Shown here in pieces: positions 25,301-39,700 of a stretch of 64,000 nucleotides of DNA (positions within the stretch are counted from its first letter, which is position 1; each line of letters starts with the position of its first letter). The position numbers were made by a program, and so were the translations under genes. The notes beneath the pieces are model-generated. The model had not been told where the DNA came from. It was given only the letters and a program-made list of their open reading frames with translations, and did not search any database. The stretch is from Phoronis australis (Eukaryota; Animalia; Phoronida), in NCBI GenBank assembly GCA_002633005.1, contig NMRA01000519.1:150646-214645 (forward strand), given 5' to 3'.

Positions 25301-27753
25301 TCTTTTTGATCATTAGGTCACGTGATGTCATGGCGGATTGAACGGGATAAACTTCTTGCAACACTAGCATACTAGTAAATTGCTGATTACATATACAATT
25401 GTCCAAATCTCGTGTGAAAAAGGCAAAACGCAGCTCATGGGATATATGACATAACAGTTGCTGCAGGCCTAAACAGTAACTGAACAGATATCGGGTCCTC
25501 AGCAGCAAAGTGGTAAGAGCCAGATAGGAAACACACACTTAGTTAGCTAAGCAAGTATGAGTAATTTTCGAAAGTTACGTAAACACGTAGAGCAACTATT
25601 TTTAGGGCCTCAACTTTTCATTTAGGCCAATCCGCAAGATACTGTGACATAATTTTAACGCGCAAAATGCCTCGACTTGTTGAAAACCTCCTGGCATGTA
25701 GTATGACAGGTTGTCGAAAATAATCTACGACTGGAGCTGAAAAGATATCAGAGGCCAAACTACTCCCGGCAGCCACTCAGAGCCATAAGATGGGGTTTAT
25801 AAATGGCCTGATGTGTAATTAGCGGGTTTGTTGACTAACTTCGCCGAGAAATTTCTGTTTGTACTAAAACCGAGCCTCGACAGTCTCGCTCAATGACTTA
25901 TAATAACAACATGAAGACGAAGCAGTGGAGTAAGGGTTGATTTGCTAACTGCGTGTCTCGGTCAAAACTCATTCGAGCAGGCAGACGGAATTTTCAGTGC
26001 GTATTTTCACGACTAGTCCCGGGTCGCAAGCTTTAATATTAGGAGACATTAGTCACAGGGAGGAGTTGGCATTGCAGAGCTAGAGTTCTGTGATTTGATG
26101 AAAGTTAAATTATATTAAATGGATTGTTGATTTTAGTCAAAATAATTGCAGAGAAACGCAGGTTTGAACTATAGATTGGCTTAACTGTGAGTCATAATAT
26201 TCGCCAACTGGTGTGATAATTAATTTTAGGATAAAGATCAAGACAGCATACCTTGGCGGGAATGTACAAACATGTTATTGGCCCTAGGTGTCGCTCGTAA
26301 CTGCGTCTGTGTTTCCGTTTTTTTACGAGCGCAACCGCTGTTTCCGGGAATTTTGCAGAATTCCTCGTTGACATTTTGAGGTGCTGTAGGGCCAGTTTTC
26401 TGGGTGCTCGTGATTTACAATATTTTCCGACAGTTTGTTGCCTGACTAAGCAAATATAACGTTAAATATGAGCTTCTTGATTGTTTCTAAGCAACAGTCG
26501 ATAGAAAGGACCATCGCGTATTTTCGGACCATTGCTTCATGTAGCTGTATCGCGTAAATCTCTAATAGTGGCTTTATTAATTTTTGCGAATATGTTTCTA
26601 TGGTGATGTAGTCGATCGACGGCAATTTTTTAAATAAATCGTCTGCTGGTGGCCCCTGGTGACAGTCTATTTGCATGTAACTAGTCTAATATTTCTTTGG
26701 TGAAATTTCGTGATTGGCGAAACTTTCTATCCAGTAAAGGATGGCAGACGCATGTTTTCAAATCATTCCAACCTATGCTGCACCATCAGTGACAGTTTTA
26801 ACATTTTTGAAAGCGATTACACTCTATTTGTACAACCTGTGCCCATCGTCAGTTGCTAACTGTTGTTCTGCAGTGATAGGGACCACTTTATTACGTAAAT
26901 TGTTAAGTGATTTCAATTTGTCTTATCTTCAGGAAGCTTATTGTTAACCCGATTTCCACCCAGAACCCATTTTGTCACTTGTTGAGACACTCCTATGCGC
27001 GATAAAATGTCATCTCTTAAAAACGGTGGACGCATTTGAGCTTCAGACTTTCATTTCCAAGTCTTTCCCGTTTTGACAGATGATCATTCGTTGAAGAAAA
27101 GTTGACGTTCAAGCAAAAACGATGTAAAAAATCAAGGTCAATTGAAAGCTTCATTGTAGTAATGGCACAAACTTTGGAAAATTGTATAAACTGCTTATTG
27201 TAGAGCAAATGTTTCACAGTTAGATATTCGTTGATGACAATATAAGGAATTAAATATGCCTTTCAGTTCAGCAAAAGTCGCCACGTTGTCAGCTTACAAC
27301 TACATGTATTACAGAAAGGCAATGACGAGCAGTTTACAAGGGACTGCTGCCCAAGAAAGGACTCTCAAAATACCAGTCCTCGGAAAATTTTCACCATTAC
27401 TTTTTGTCATTATTGGCCAAGTACTATGCAACGCTGGTGTGAGAGGGTCCAAGTCACCATGCAGACAATGTACATGTAGTTTGGTGAAAATAAAACTCAA
27501 TAATCATATAAAAGTTAGGGACAGTCAGTTGAAATTATGTCCTTATCGATTTCGAAATTTTACCCAACACTGCAGCAAACCAAAGTCCCAATCTCGCTAC
27601 TCTACTTGAAAAATGACCATTGGCATGGCATGTTTCCAATGAACTTACAATAATGTATTCCAATCACACCATGTAGCATCTTTGATTCCGAGACCCCAGC
27701 GCCACCTGGAGCATGTTTTTAACAACACAAATCAGTAGTCAGATTTCTACATA

Positions 27754-27759
27754 TTTATT
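27754..27759 (-). terminator. Polyadenylation signal AATAAA of RPL28
   Basis: tttatt on the + strand, ~35 nt downstream of the stop codon. Confidence 0.7.
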
Positions 27760-27793
27760 ATCTCCATCAAAAATTACACAGGTCAAAAGATAA

Positions 27794-30700
27794 TTACTTC
27801 TTGCGGCTTGACTTGGCCACGACTGGTTTCTGACTCTTCAGGAGTGCACTGGCTCTCTTCAACGCCGCCTGTTGAGTAAAAAGCACATGTTGTTTACACA
27901 TAACAAAACTGGGCATAGATTGATTTACTTCCCCTGGCACTGCACTTCCGACCCAAATATAAGTTACTGGCCAAAAACATTCAATTTATAATTCGGTAAA
28001 AGCAAGTATTAACCTGGCAACAAAAAATGGAAAATAAATTAATGTTTTTCTGACCAACCTACCCATAACAGACCACGGGAAATACAAGTTAGAATTTGCC
28101 GCAATAATAGTACCTGTTGCGAAAGAAGAAAGCCCGCAGACTTTCGAATTTCTGCCTATCTGTCATTAATTGAGTCACATGCTCATGTTTTTTTTTTAAG
28201 TAAAAATTAGTGAAAAAGAAAGGTATGTTGAGAGCAAAACAATGATCAAGTTTAATGTGATACGTGCAAATGTTCAAAATGAGATCTAAAAAAAGACTGT
28301 TACATTTCCGATAAATATCAACTTGTTTTCGTTGATGCAAGTAATTATTTCACAAAATAAAGTCGAATTTTCGATACTCATCGTGTGATCGTGGAAGACT
28401 TAGAGAAATTGTAACATCTATTTGGATAACAATACAGTGACATAANAACTGGGCATAGATTGAAACCAAGTTTACTTCCCCTGGCACTGCACTTCCGACC
28501 CAAAGATAAGTTACTGGCCAAAAACATTCAATTTGTAATTCGGTGAAAGCAAATATTAACAAACACCTGGCAACAAGAAATGGAAAATAAATTAATGTTT
28601 TCTGACCAACCTACCCATAACAGACCACAGGAAATACAAGTTAGAATTTGCCGCAATAATAGTACCTGTTGCGAAAGTAGAAAGCCTGCAGACTTTCGAA
28701 TTTCTGCCTATCTGTCATTAATTAAGTCACATGCTCATGTTTTTTAAGTAAAAGAAAGGTACGCTGAGAGCAAAACAATGATATCTACAACATGATCAAG
28801 TTTAATGTCATACGTGCAAATGTTCAAAATGAGATCTAAAAAAAGGCTGTTACATTTCCGATAAATATCAATTTGTTTTCGTTGATGCAAGTAATTATTT
28901 CATAAAATAAAGTCGCATTTTCGATACTCATCGTGTGATCGTGGAAGACTTAGAGAAATTGTAACATCTATTTGGATAACAATACAGTGACATAACACCA
29001 GCACATAGCACACAACGTATTTTCATTAAAATCACCCTATTCATAGTCCCTCGCCCATCCGTAGACCCTCGCCCATCCGTAGTCCCTCACTTTGCGCAAA
29101 AGTGAACAATTTCGAAACACTTTCTCACAGCCTTTCCGTAAATTGTGCAAAAAGCATAGCATACGGATACGATCTGGCAAACAAGCCAAAATTTCTACCA
29201 ATTCAGGGACAGTCAATGTCACGGCAGGGTGAAGTACACTTTGTTGTCACGGCATGGTGAAGTACACTTCATGTAGCTTCAGATCAAACCAAATCAACCA
29301 AATGATATTTCGACAACAGTCTCTGTACATTACTGAATAGACATTTGACAACAGTCTCTGTACATTACTGAATGGACATTTGACAGCAGTCTCTGTACAT
29401 TACTGACTGGACATTTGAAAACAGTCTCTGTACAGTACTGAATAGACATTTGACAACAGTCTCTGTACATTACTGAATGGACATTTGACAACAGTATCTG
29501 TACATTACTGACTGGACATTTGACAACAGTCTCTGTACATTACTGACTGGACATTTGACAACAGTCTCTGTACATTACTGACTGGACATTTGACAACAGT
29601 CTGTACATTACTGACTGGACATTTGGCAACAGTCTCTGTACATTNCATTACTGACTGGACATTTGACAAGTCTCTGTACATTACTGACTGGACATTTGAC
29701 AAGAGTCTCTGCACATTACTGAATGGACATTTGACAAGAGTCTCTAACATTACTGACTGGACATTTGACAACAGTCTTTGTACATTACCGAATGGTAATT
29801 TTCAAGGTTAAAGTTCACGTTTCGAGGACCTTTGAGCTGCTAAACTCAAACAATACCGGCGAGTGGGGCAGTCATTCACTAGAACCAAAACTCAGGGCAG
29901 TTACTTCAGATATAATCTAGTTAGTGATGAGGAAAGAAGTAATGCTAAACATCGGAATGTCACTTTGACCTTTGACCTAATGACCCCAAACTCAAAGGTG
30001 TCTCCGAAATGATACTTTCAACTGTGTACCAAGTTTGAGGATCAGAGAAAAAGATAATTTCTAGTTAAGAATAAGGCGAGATTTTTATGACAGTTGTAAT
30101 GTCTTTGACTTTAACTGTCTGAACAACAAATATGCCTCTGGGTCCAAATATAAAGGGATATACACATACAAGTGAATTTACAAACCAGTGAAGCACCACC
30201 ACACCCTAAGTAGGGAAGGTCAACAGGTCTTCGACACAGCCACCTTCATTTGAATTGACACCGGCGGAGAAAAGGCAGAAACTAACTTTGCTGGGGGTAT
30301 TCCAACATCTTCTCTAATAATTCGTCAGGTGATTGTCAGTACACCAATCAACAGAGGTGTACAAACCAACATGCCCCTCCCCCGGACCATAAGTGACAGC
30401 AATAACATTATCATAGTTACCATTTTCAAGTCTTTCCTGTAGCGGGCCTTTCCCAGTGTCTTTCTGATGGTGTTAAGAGTGCGTCGCGAGCCTCTCTTCA
30501 AGTCAACACGACTCATGGACTTAGCCGGCTTCCTCCAGCCTAGTGTACAAGAAAAGAAAACTCAAAAAACAACGGTCAAGAAACGGTCACTCCATGCAGG
30601 TCATGTTTCCTGACTATGAACAGATTTGATCAAGCTAACAGTCCCACTATGCAGTTCATGTCTCCTGACTATGAACACATTTGATCAAGCTAACAGTCCC

Positions 30701-33700
30701 ACTATGCAGCTCATATTTCCTGACTATGAACACATTTGATCAAGCTAACATTGCACCATTTCTGAGAGCGGAATAGCACTTCACCAAGCTGACACTGGCA
30801 AATTCTGGCTGGAATGGGCGATCAAAACCAAAGCCATTTTGCCAACTTTGTGAATGCTTCATCAAAAAATCAGCCAGAGTGATTTAGAAGTAAAATGCAC
30901 CAAATAATTGTTTTCCTTAATTGCCAGTTGGGCTTTCCAAGATTACACGACAGTACACTCTTTAATCGGGGAGGTGAAAAGGCATATGGCTTTCATACAT
31001 TTTTGGCTGTCAGTCACCTATTCACAGGTCATGTCAAAAACTGTGGATTGTGGAGGTGTATGGCCATGCACATGTTCCAAGATTTAAACTACTTAAAAAT
31101 ACCAGAATTTAAAGGTATCTTCAAGAAAGGCGAGTCAGATGGGTTCAGAGGTATCTTCAAGAAAGGCGAGTCAGATTGGTTCAAATATAACTCAACAATC
31201 TCGCTTTATCCACTTGCTCAGCACTTGTTTGTTGATGAGTGAAGTCAGGAAGGTGGCGAACTAACGTTGAGCATCGCACCCACAGACATTTGTCAAATTC
31301 CTTGGAATTGCAACCACCCCCCAAACAAGAGCAACGCGGAGCGGTGAAATGTGCCCACCAATGCACCGCAAATGGTGTGCTTTTAGGGTTCCTTATTTGT
31401 GTCATATCATGGGCACTAGGTGGCACAAAACACAATTCGTCCGAAAATGGGAGCATGTCGCTGCTTCTTTAATAGAAAGCTATACACCAAATTCCAAATT
31501 TCACAGAAATCCGCCAAGGAACTTCAGAGAAACAAAGGAAAACAGAATAAAATGAAATTGCCACTAGAGGCACAGTGTTCATTGGATCCGCCTGAAAGTT
31601 GTCATTGTCTGTTGTTCGCTTCAAATAAATACACTAACTAAATTTAATAAAGATCCTCCAGTGGGTTTAGCAGTGTTCTCCACATTATAAATTCCAAACT
31701 CGATGCAAATGTTGAATGTCAGTTATTGACATTGTTTTGTGTCTACCCATAAGCATGGTCGTGCTGGAGGTATTTATAAATGGTTTAAAACTGCACACTG
31801 CACTGGTGTGACCTACTTCTTAGACACTTCAAAGTTCAGCTTTCCTACCAATGCATCTCATAATTTCTCCAAAGCATTTGACAGACCAAGAGCAGCAAAC
31901 AAAAGATCAAAAGTTCCTTTAATAATACCAATGCCGATTTTAATATCAATTAGACATATTAAGTACTACTAACATGAGTTCTGATGTGACCTAGTTTTTA
32001 GTGACACCTGTTGTCAAGTTTAATAAGCTCATAAAGTTCTAACTTGCCACTAGATGTCAGTCAAAATCAAAATTGTCTTTATTAAGCAAATTAAATTGCT
32101 TTTTTATAGGTTGACTTGCAAAATTTTAAAGTTAGAATGACAAAGTAGATTAGTCATTCAATTAAGCAAGCTAGGTGACTCCATGAAATGTTTGTTATTT
32201 AAAGTTTTTTTGCAGATTTTGTTAATTATAATTTAAACTTTTGTAGTGTCTTACGAAGTTATACATATAGTGTTGACTGCCTCTAAAGTTCTGTATTGGG
32301 CTTGATGTTGGTTAATCAGGCACTGCTTTAGGGTTGAGGGCTGAAATACCAAGCCAGGACAAAAGTTCAAACCTGACGCAGCACTTTCTAAACTCGACGC
32401 GCATTTTCCAAACTCGACGCAGCAAAATCCAAACTCGTTACAGCGTCGAGTTAAAACAGGCCGTGGAGAACACTGGTTTAGGAGATAAAGCTATGGGCGG
32501 AAAACAAAACAAAACTACCACTAGGAGGCGCCACAGTTGTCATAGTCGTCATCATCAACCGTCCTCTTCACACTGAGAACATATATGGCAATTTTCAAAA
32601 CCATCCTCAGAATGATTTGCTTGATAGAGGTAGAGGCCAAAAAACAGACTCAAAAACAGCAAAAATGGCCACTAGGTGGTGGAAAATTACCTTGATTAAA
32701 AAAACTTTTATGAAAATCTGTTGAGGACCTTTGAAGACACAGAGGCAAACGTAAAACTTGAATTGCCACCAGGGGTCATACCAGTACTCAGATTCACCTC
32801 GAAATCATCGTCGTTCGTAGTCAACATCATATAAACACATGTCTAAAGTTTTGTAAAGATCCTACAAACGGTTTAGGAGATACAGCTATGGGCGCAAAAA
32901 AGAAACTGCCACTAGGGGGCACCACAGCAGTCGAAATCATCGGAAAGTCATCGTTAACCGTCCACGTTGCGGACCTTTGAAGATACAGAGGAAAACGTAC
33001 AAAAATAAAATTGCCACTAGGTGGCACGCCAGTAGTCAGATCTGTCCGAAAGTCGTTGTCGTCCATTGCCAACATCATATACATCCACTTACTAAATTTA
33101 GTAAAGATGCTGCAAAACGGTTTAGGAGATAAAGCCACAGGCGCAAAAACAACAAAACTGCCACTAGGAGGCGACACAGTAGTTGACGTCGTGGAAAAAT
33201 CATCGCCAACCATCCTCTTCATAGTAAGAACACACATGCCAATTTTCACAACCATGCTTAGAGCGGTTTGGTTTATAGAGGGGTGGACGCCAAAAAACAG
33301 ACTTCAAAACAGTAACAATGACCACTATATGGAACAAATCATGTCGAATCCATCTGAAAACGAGAGGATGTTGTTATTTCACTTAGATGCCTATATACTA
33401 AATTTCATGAAAATACCTTGAGGACCTTTGAAGATACAGAGGTAAACGTAAAAAACTAAAATTGCCACTACCGGGCATACTGGTAGTTGGATCCGTCCGA
33501 AAGTTCGCTCATGTCGTCCGATACATGAAAGGAACACATGTGCAAACTTTCATGAGCATACGTCAATCGGTTTTGGAGATAGAGCAGCGGACGCCAGCCG
33601 GCGTCGCCCAAACGGCATAATGCGTCTTCATATAAATATGTGGTCGTATAAAAAAGCGGCAATGTTTTGCCAGCATTAGATGAATACAGTGATGCAGTCA

Positions 33701-36700
33701 AGAAAAATGTGTTAACAAAACAGCAGCACAAAACAAGTGAACTCATAAGATGCGAAATACAAAAGTGCATTGTGGGATAATACAGCGAGATTTGAGTGTT
33801 TCTGTGTAACAAGATGAGCACACTAAACACTGTAAAGGTGTATTTTGTGAAAGTAGATATAATTCTTATTCAATTTGCCAAGAATTGGCTCAAGCGATTG
33901 TGCTTTTTTGGAAAACCTTAGAAATAAAACCAAGACAATTTATAGTATAAGAAACTGTTTTTTGTTTGATGCAAACTTCTCAATTGTCCATAAGAATCAT
34001 GGAATTTCTGTACTTTAATGGAACCAGGAAAAGCACAAAAACAATGCTTCGGACTTCATCGAGTACGGCTAACCAAAAGATTGCAGGTTCGAAAATGATA
34101 CATGTACAAATTGTTTGTGACTCGAGTTGGAAACGAAAATGGAATCCAATCACAGATTGAATGAGTACTCGAATGAACTCTTTTTACCCACGAGGCTCAG
34201 GTTTCTTAACATATCCAGATCTTCACTGGAACAAACTGGACTTTCTATGACCGAACCGAGCGTATATCAGGGCCCTCGATCACCCGAGGGAAAAGGTGCC
34301 TATGTCTTCGGAGAGGGGGTGGTTTTGAGGTAAGCAGAAAATTCTACTCAGAAATCACCATCATAGCATCCCCACATGCACACCTAGTGCAAGTCCTCAA
34401 CTATCCATAACTAACTTTTTGTGTCCTTTCACATTGCCACCCGTGTGAACTACAAGTGATTCTAACCTGGAGAAGAATTTTTTAATCACCTCAGGGGATT
34501 TTTTCAGCCTCACGAGGGGAATTTCTCATGATTTTACATATGTTTTTCAAAGGGGAACGGGGTGGATGTTCCGCCTGCAAATCAAGGGACCTCTCACTAT
34601 ATATGGCGTTGATTTTTGACAATATCCAAATGTTCTTTCGTAGTGAAGTACAGAAGATACAAAAGAGCAGTAATAAACAATACACAAAGTTGTTGAAAGT
34701 CTTGACTAGGTTGGGTGTATAACTCACCCATCTTATCCATGGCTTTAGAACTGTAAGACTGTATGTAAAATCATGATAGGAACTTTCCTTTGTATGTAGG
34801 CGAATGCATCTAAGGTCCACTTACAGTCAGATATAAATTGTAAACGTGCATATATAAAACTGAGTTTTTGAGTACTCGTGTTAGTTTTATGAGCTTTATG
34901 CAGCATGTTGCTCACTTCAGCTGTTTGCATCAATTTATGTCATGAGAGTACAAATACAAATCATGTAACACTCAATCCATACATGATAACTATTCCTCAT
35001 TCTGATGTCAATAAGTTGAATGTAATACATAATTGCAATTGGAACAAATTTGCGAAATTGCCGGGGTCAAGCGAGTTCCAAACTACCATAGTTATTGAAG
35101 GTTGCACAAAAACTTTCATGTGTTTTGGGCAAACCTCGTATGTTTGGCAATAAGTTCGCACAATATCTTTAGCAACCAGGGTCTGCAGTGCTCTTGTTCA
35201 AAATCATTGAGTTATGGTCATTAAACCAAAGCAAGACACTATACTCTTGAACAGAAAAAATCAAATAAAGGTTGCTGCAGTAAACAATGCATCGGGGAGC
35301 AGGCACTTTCAATTCTTAACCGCCGCCATATTTTCTTTTATTTCTACAACCTGCGACCTATAACTTTTCATTAGGTTGGAAATCTAAAAAGTGATCAACT
35401 ATAATACTTTTAACCCTTATCCTGCACTAGGTGAGGTCAGCCGACAAGCCAATTATCCTATTAAAATGCGTCGGGTGTACTCAATCGCCTATAATAAGCT
35501 ACCGCTAGACTGCCGAAGGAGAGTGTACTCACCCCAGGACACTGGTGTTTTTCATTCAGAAATTGTGAAAGTCTCGTATGCTGTTTATATATGTGAGCAT
35601 GCGCATTCAACAGTTCATAGTTTCCTGTACATTTTTCGGATGTACAACATATGGCTGTAGTGAGTTGTGGCCGAGATATTTGAAAGTTTATGCAAGTTTT
35701 GCTGGTGCCAAACGTGGTGAGATGATTGTTGACCAGTTTCTTGAGGAAGTGTTCATGGACTCAGGTTGTAAAAACGAGCTGGAATTGGCACTCGAAAGTG
35801 ACGGTGACAGTGACTGGGAAACTAATACAACAGTCACAAGTAATGCAGATTCTATCGATTCGGATCTCAGTGCAATTTTGGAGGAGTTACCGGTCTCTAA
35901 AGCTGAACTTGGACGGGCCTACGACGATGCTTGGCTCACGCCCTTCGCGCATAATACAAAGTCTCTGAAACATGATGGAACTCATTCAGAACTAGATATT
36001 TTTGTGACTTTTTCACAGAATAGCTTTGTGTCCCCACCCGTGGTTCAAGTTTTGCACACCAAGGTGAACTTCAAAACAAAATTACCAAGCGACTGCACCA
36101 GTCATAAATTTGTTATTGTGCAAAGTTGAGGTATGTTATATACTGTACATTCTTGTTTGTAGATGTGATGTTACAGACAATAAATCTGCTTTATTAAACA
36201 TGCAAGTCCCATGAATTCCCTTTTAAAAATCCTTATTACGGTTTTTGAGTGTCAGCTATAATGTTCTCATGTGCGAAAACAGATAAAAGCACAGGATGTC
36301 CAGCTTGAAAGTTTATAGAATTATTTACACCATGGCTATGTATAAGGTGAAAATCTCTATTAAATTCTGAACAACTTTTGTGCAGACTTCTTTCATGTGA
36401 GGTTGACACCACCCCTTCAAATATCCAATTTAAAAATGTTAGGTCATTAATCTGAGTGACCTTGGTAACAGCCCAGTGCACAGCAGTAGTGGTGACCTAC
36501 TTAGCTCAGTGCACAGGGAAAGTTGTCTGAATAGAGACTTCACAGGATAAGGGTTAAATTATGCTTGAATTATAAATGGTAATGGGCAAGTTTTTATTCT
36601 CTTGGATATTTTCGGTCAACAACGTTATGTTAGCCGACAATGGTCCAGCAGACACATCAGCTCCATCTCAGGCAAGGGATAAAAAGTCACACATGCTTTC

Positions 36701-39700
36701 TGATGAATAGCGATTTATGAACAAGAATGTTGGTGTCAGAGTGCTTCATGTGTATTGTAAATGGCAGATACTAGGAGTGCTGATTATTTCAAAATTCCTA
36801 CAAGAGGCAGCAGCACTTTTGAATAAGTTGCCTCTAGTACACACACATTATGATCTGTGTGGTACTTAGACGGGGAAATCAACCTTCTATATATCTATCC
36901 CTACCATATATCTTTGTTCCAAATTTCATTCAGTTGAGCTAGCTTATTTTGAGATAATCAATCTGTCTTGCCAAAAACTAGAAGGACCAACAGGAGCTGC
37001 TACACTAACCAAATCTGTCCGATAACGGACTGGTGCCGGCACATCTCCATCATCCACCTATGCGCCCAATGTCATCATGATCAGTAAAGCGGTTTCAAAA
37101 TAATCGACGGGCAAGGAAGGACTTGCACAGCCAGAAAAGCAACACACAATTACAGTTGGGTGAATTCAACTTGCTGCGGGAGTCGGTGCTAAATCAACAT
37201 TGTTAAACCTGGCGCATGGCGGTGCAGTAAAGATACCTTTAGTCTTTCGTGTTACCAGCGTAACACCTTTGCCGTCGGCACATGGCTCAACTCCAACGGT
37301 CTTCTGTTGCACGAGACCACTGAAGCGGAAGGAATTGATGCCTTTCAGGTTGTTGGGCTCCTGGAATCATGAAATAGACTATTCAGTTTTACTGCAGTAG
37401 AGTTATCTCCCTTTGCGCTAGTGCTCAACACCACACTGCATCGGTTTTCAGCACCTAAGGGGAGACAAGTTAGGTAAAACTAACAAGCAGCTAAAGTATG
37501 GAAAGGTGTATAGCAGCAACTCAGTAGAGCGCGCTCGACATAACCAGCTGCGTGTCACATTTATGACCTGAAATTTGGAAATGTGAGTTGAGGTTTTGGG
37601 CGGCTGGCATCAAGTTGCATCAATGTTGCACGTTGAATAAGCGACCTGGAAACTCCAATGTATGCGAGCTAAGATTTTACACTTCTGGGCAGACACCTGT
37701 CACAAGTAAAGTGAGTCAATATGGCCATTATTCGTTTGTTGCCAAATCAAGTTCATAAGAACATTAACCCTTTCAACACCGCAAGCCGCTTAAGTGGTAT
37801 CTAAAACTTACCTCCATTCAACACCGTGGACCCCTTTATCGGTCTCGCGACATGCCGAACTTCAAGTAACAGCAAATTTGATTGGTTGATTAGGGGAATT
37901 CTGTTGTGTACGTCACAAATTTAAATATAGACTTACCTTCATTTCTAACAGCTTTTCTGATTCGTTGCTGAGATGTAACGCGACTTATTGGAGGGGTATT
38001 CCAAGAATTTAGATCGATGCATCGCGAAAACAAAATGTCGGCAGCGACTCAAGAGTTTTCAAATGACGAAATTGGCAATAATTTGCATGCTATTTACTTT
38101 ATCAATATACAGGATAACCCAGAAGCAATTCTTATGTATCTGGCCAGAGTTTGTTGACTGTTACGACAAAGAAGTTGAATTTCATGGCTTTGAACCGGAG
38201 GAAAACTTTACAGGTCGCAAATTTCACAATTGGGTCAAACAAACAACGTTGAACTCCGACAAGTTCGCAAATTTTCTGAACACGTGGAGTCTTCTAGACT
38301 GTACGATGGTTCTGATAAGCAAGTTGAGTACTTTCAAAATTTCTATAACGATGAAATATTCGGTGAAATTGTCAGGGTAATTAAGGTGAACGTCCAAACA
38401 AAGCGCGAGTCACAACCAGAAGTGGACAAATTTGAATCGTTGAACTTAACGATCGCCGAGTTTAAGTCACTTTATGGCCTTCAAGTGTTAATAGAAGATG
38501 TGAAATATGATTGAAAATGTATCTTAAGAAATGGTACTGAAGAATATTGACGACACTGTTACTCATAAATCATTGTTATTCTTTAAACGATACATTGAAT
38601 TGGCAAATTGACAAAGAAATACTGGCATTTCAGGTGTTACTTCCCCAGTGTTTCCCCTGGGTTTTGAAAGTAGCGTGGTGGTGAATGGCCAAACGGGGTG
38701 CAAAGCCTGTTGCCACACGTGAATATGGGAAGTGGGATCCCCCTATTCGAAAGGAGCACGCTGGTGAATGCCCAACGCGGATGCCACATGCGAGCATGGG
38801 ATGAGGGGAGAACCTCCCATCGGGGGGGGGGGGGGGGNGGGGCATTATGTAGTTGAAGTATCTGGGTAAAGGACACTTCTCAAGACAAACTGGCAAAGTG
38901 TCCGGCATAGTGTGATCTCTGTCGCACTTGAGTACAAAAAACAGTGTTAAAATCCAATTATCCACGAAATGAAAAACATAGAACAAAAAATATATGAACT
39001 TTGTAAATGTAATAAACTAATTCGTGTAACGAAACTTCGTTGACATTGTCTTGCTGAACATAAACCAGTGATTGTGGATTGGCGTTGGCCGGCGTAGCAG
39101 ACGATGTGTAATGCAGACGAATCTGAGACTGGTTAACATTCAATTTCGTCATTTTGGCGAAAGGCTATGGTTGATTAAACAGTTGGATGTCATGCCCTGC
39201 AGTACAATTCACAATTGTCTTTTGTAAACTCGGACACAATGAAATGAATGGTGTATAAATCTTACTGTTTTTTACTTCATTAGCGAGCCCCGACGCTTTC
39301 CCGCTTTAGAAAATTCGTATCTAGATCGTTGCCTGGTCCCCGGTGTATTAAGTTTATATGCATTGTTGGATAACCAGACAGAAGATGTATGAAAGGAAAT
39401 TGCGAATGGAATTATTGTGTTTAACGGGGGGGGGCTCAATTCAAGATCCCGTTGTAAAATTATTGTTTTTCCCTTTTGATCCACAAACGGCGAAAGGTGC
39501 CGTGTGACTTGTACTTATTCATTATTACTAGCGATCATTTTTACTGGCTATCATTTTTACTTGCGATTCATTTTACTAGCGATAATTTTACTAACGATCA
39601 ATATTACTAGCGATCATTATTATTAGCGATCATTATTACTAGCGATCATTATTACTAGCGATTTTTGCGTGGCGGTGAAGTTTCTCCGTCACAATTAGGT

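Noticed and set aside
23170-27600. Possible gene or large transposon between the NRF-6-like gene and RPL28
   Set aside because: Only short overlapping ORFs with no recognisable motifs were seen, with no coherent exon chain or matching pair of termini.
29305-29795. CRISPR-like array (35-bp period)
   Set aside because: The units are head-to-tail with no unique spacers, there are no cas genes and the context is eukaryotic. It is a minisatellite.
32827-33421. ORFs of 136-142 aa on both strands
   Set aside because: They lie inside the tandem-unit repeat element and have repetitive, non-protein-like sequence.
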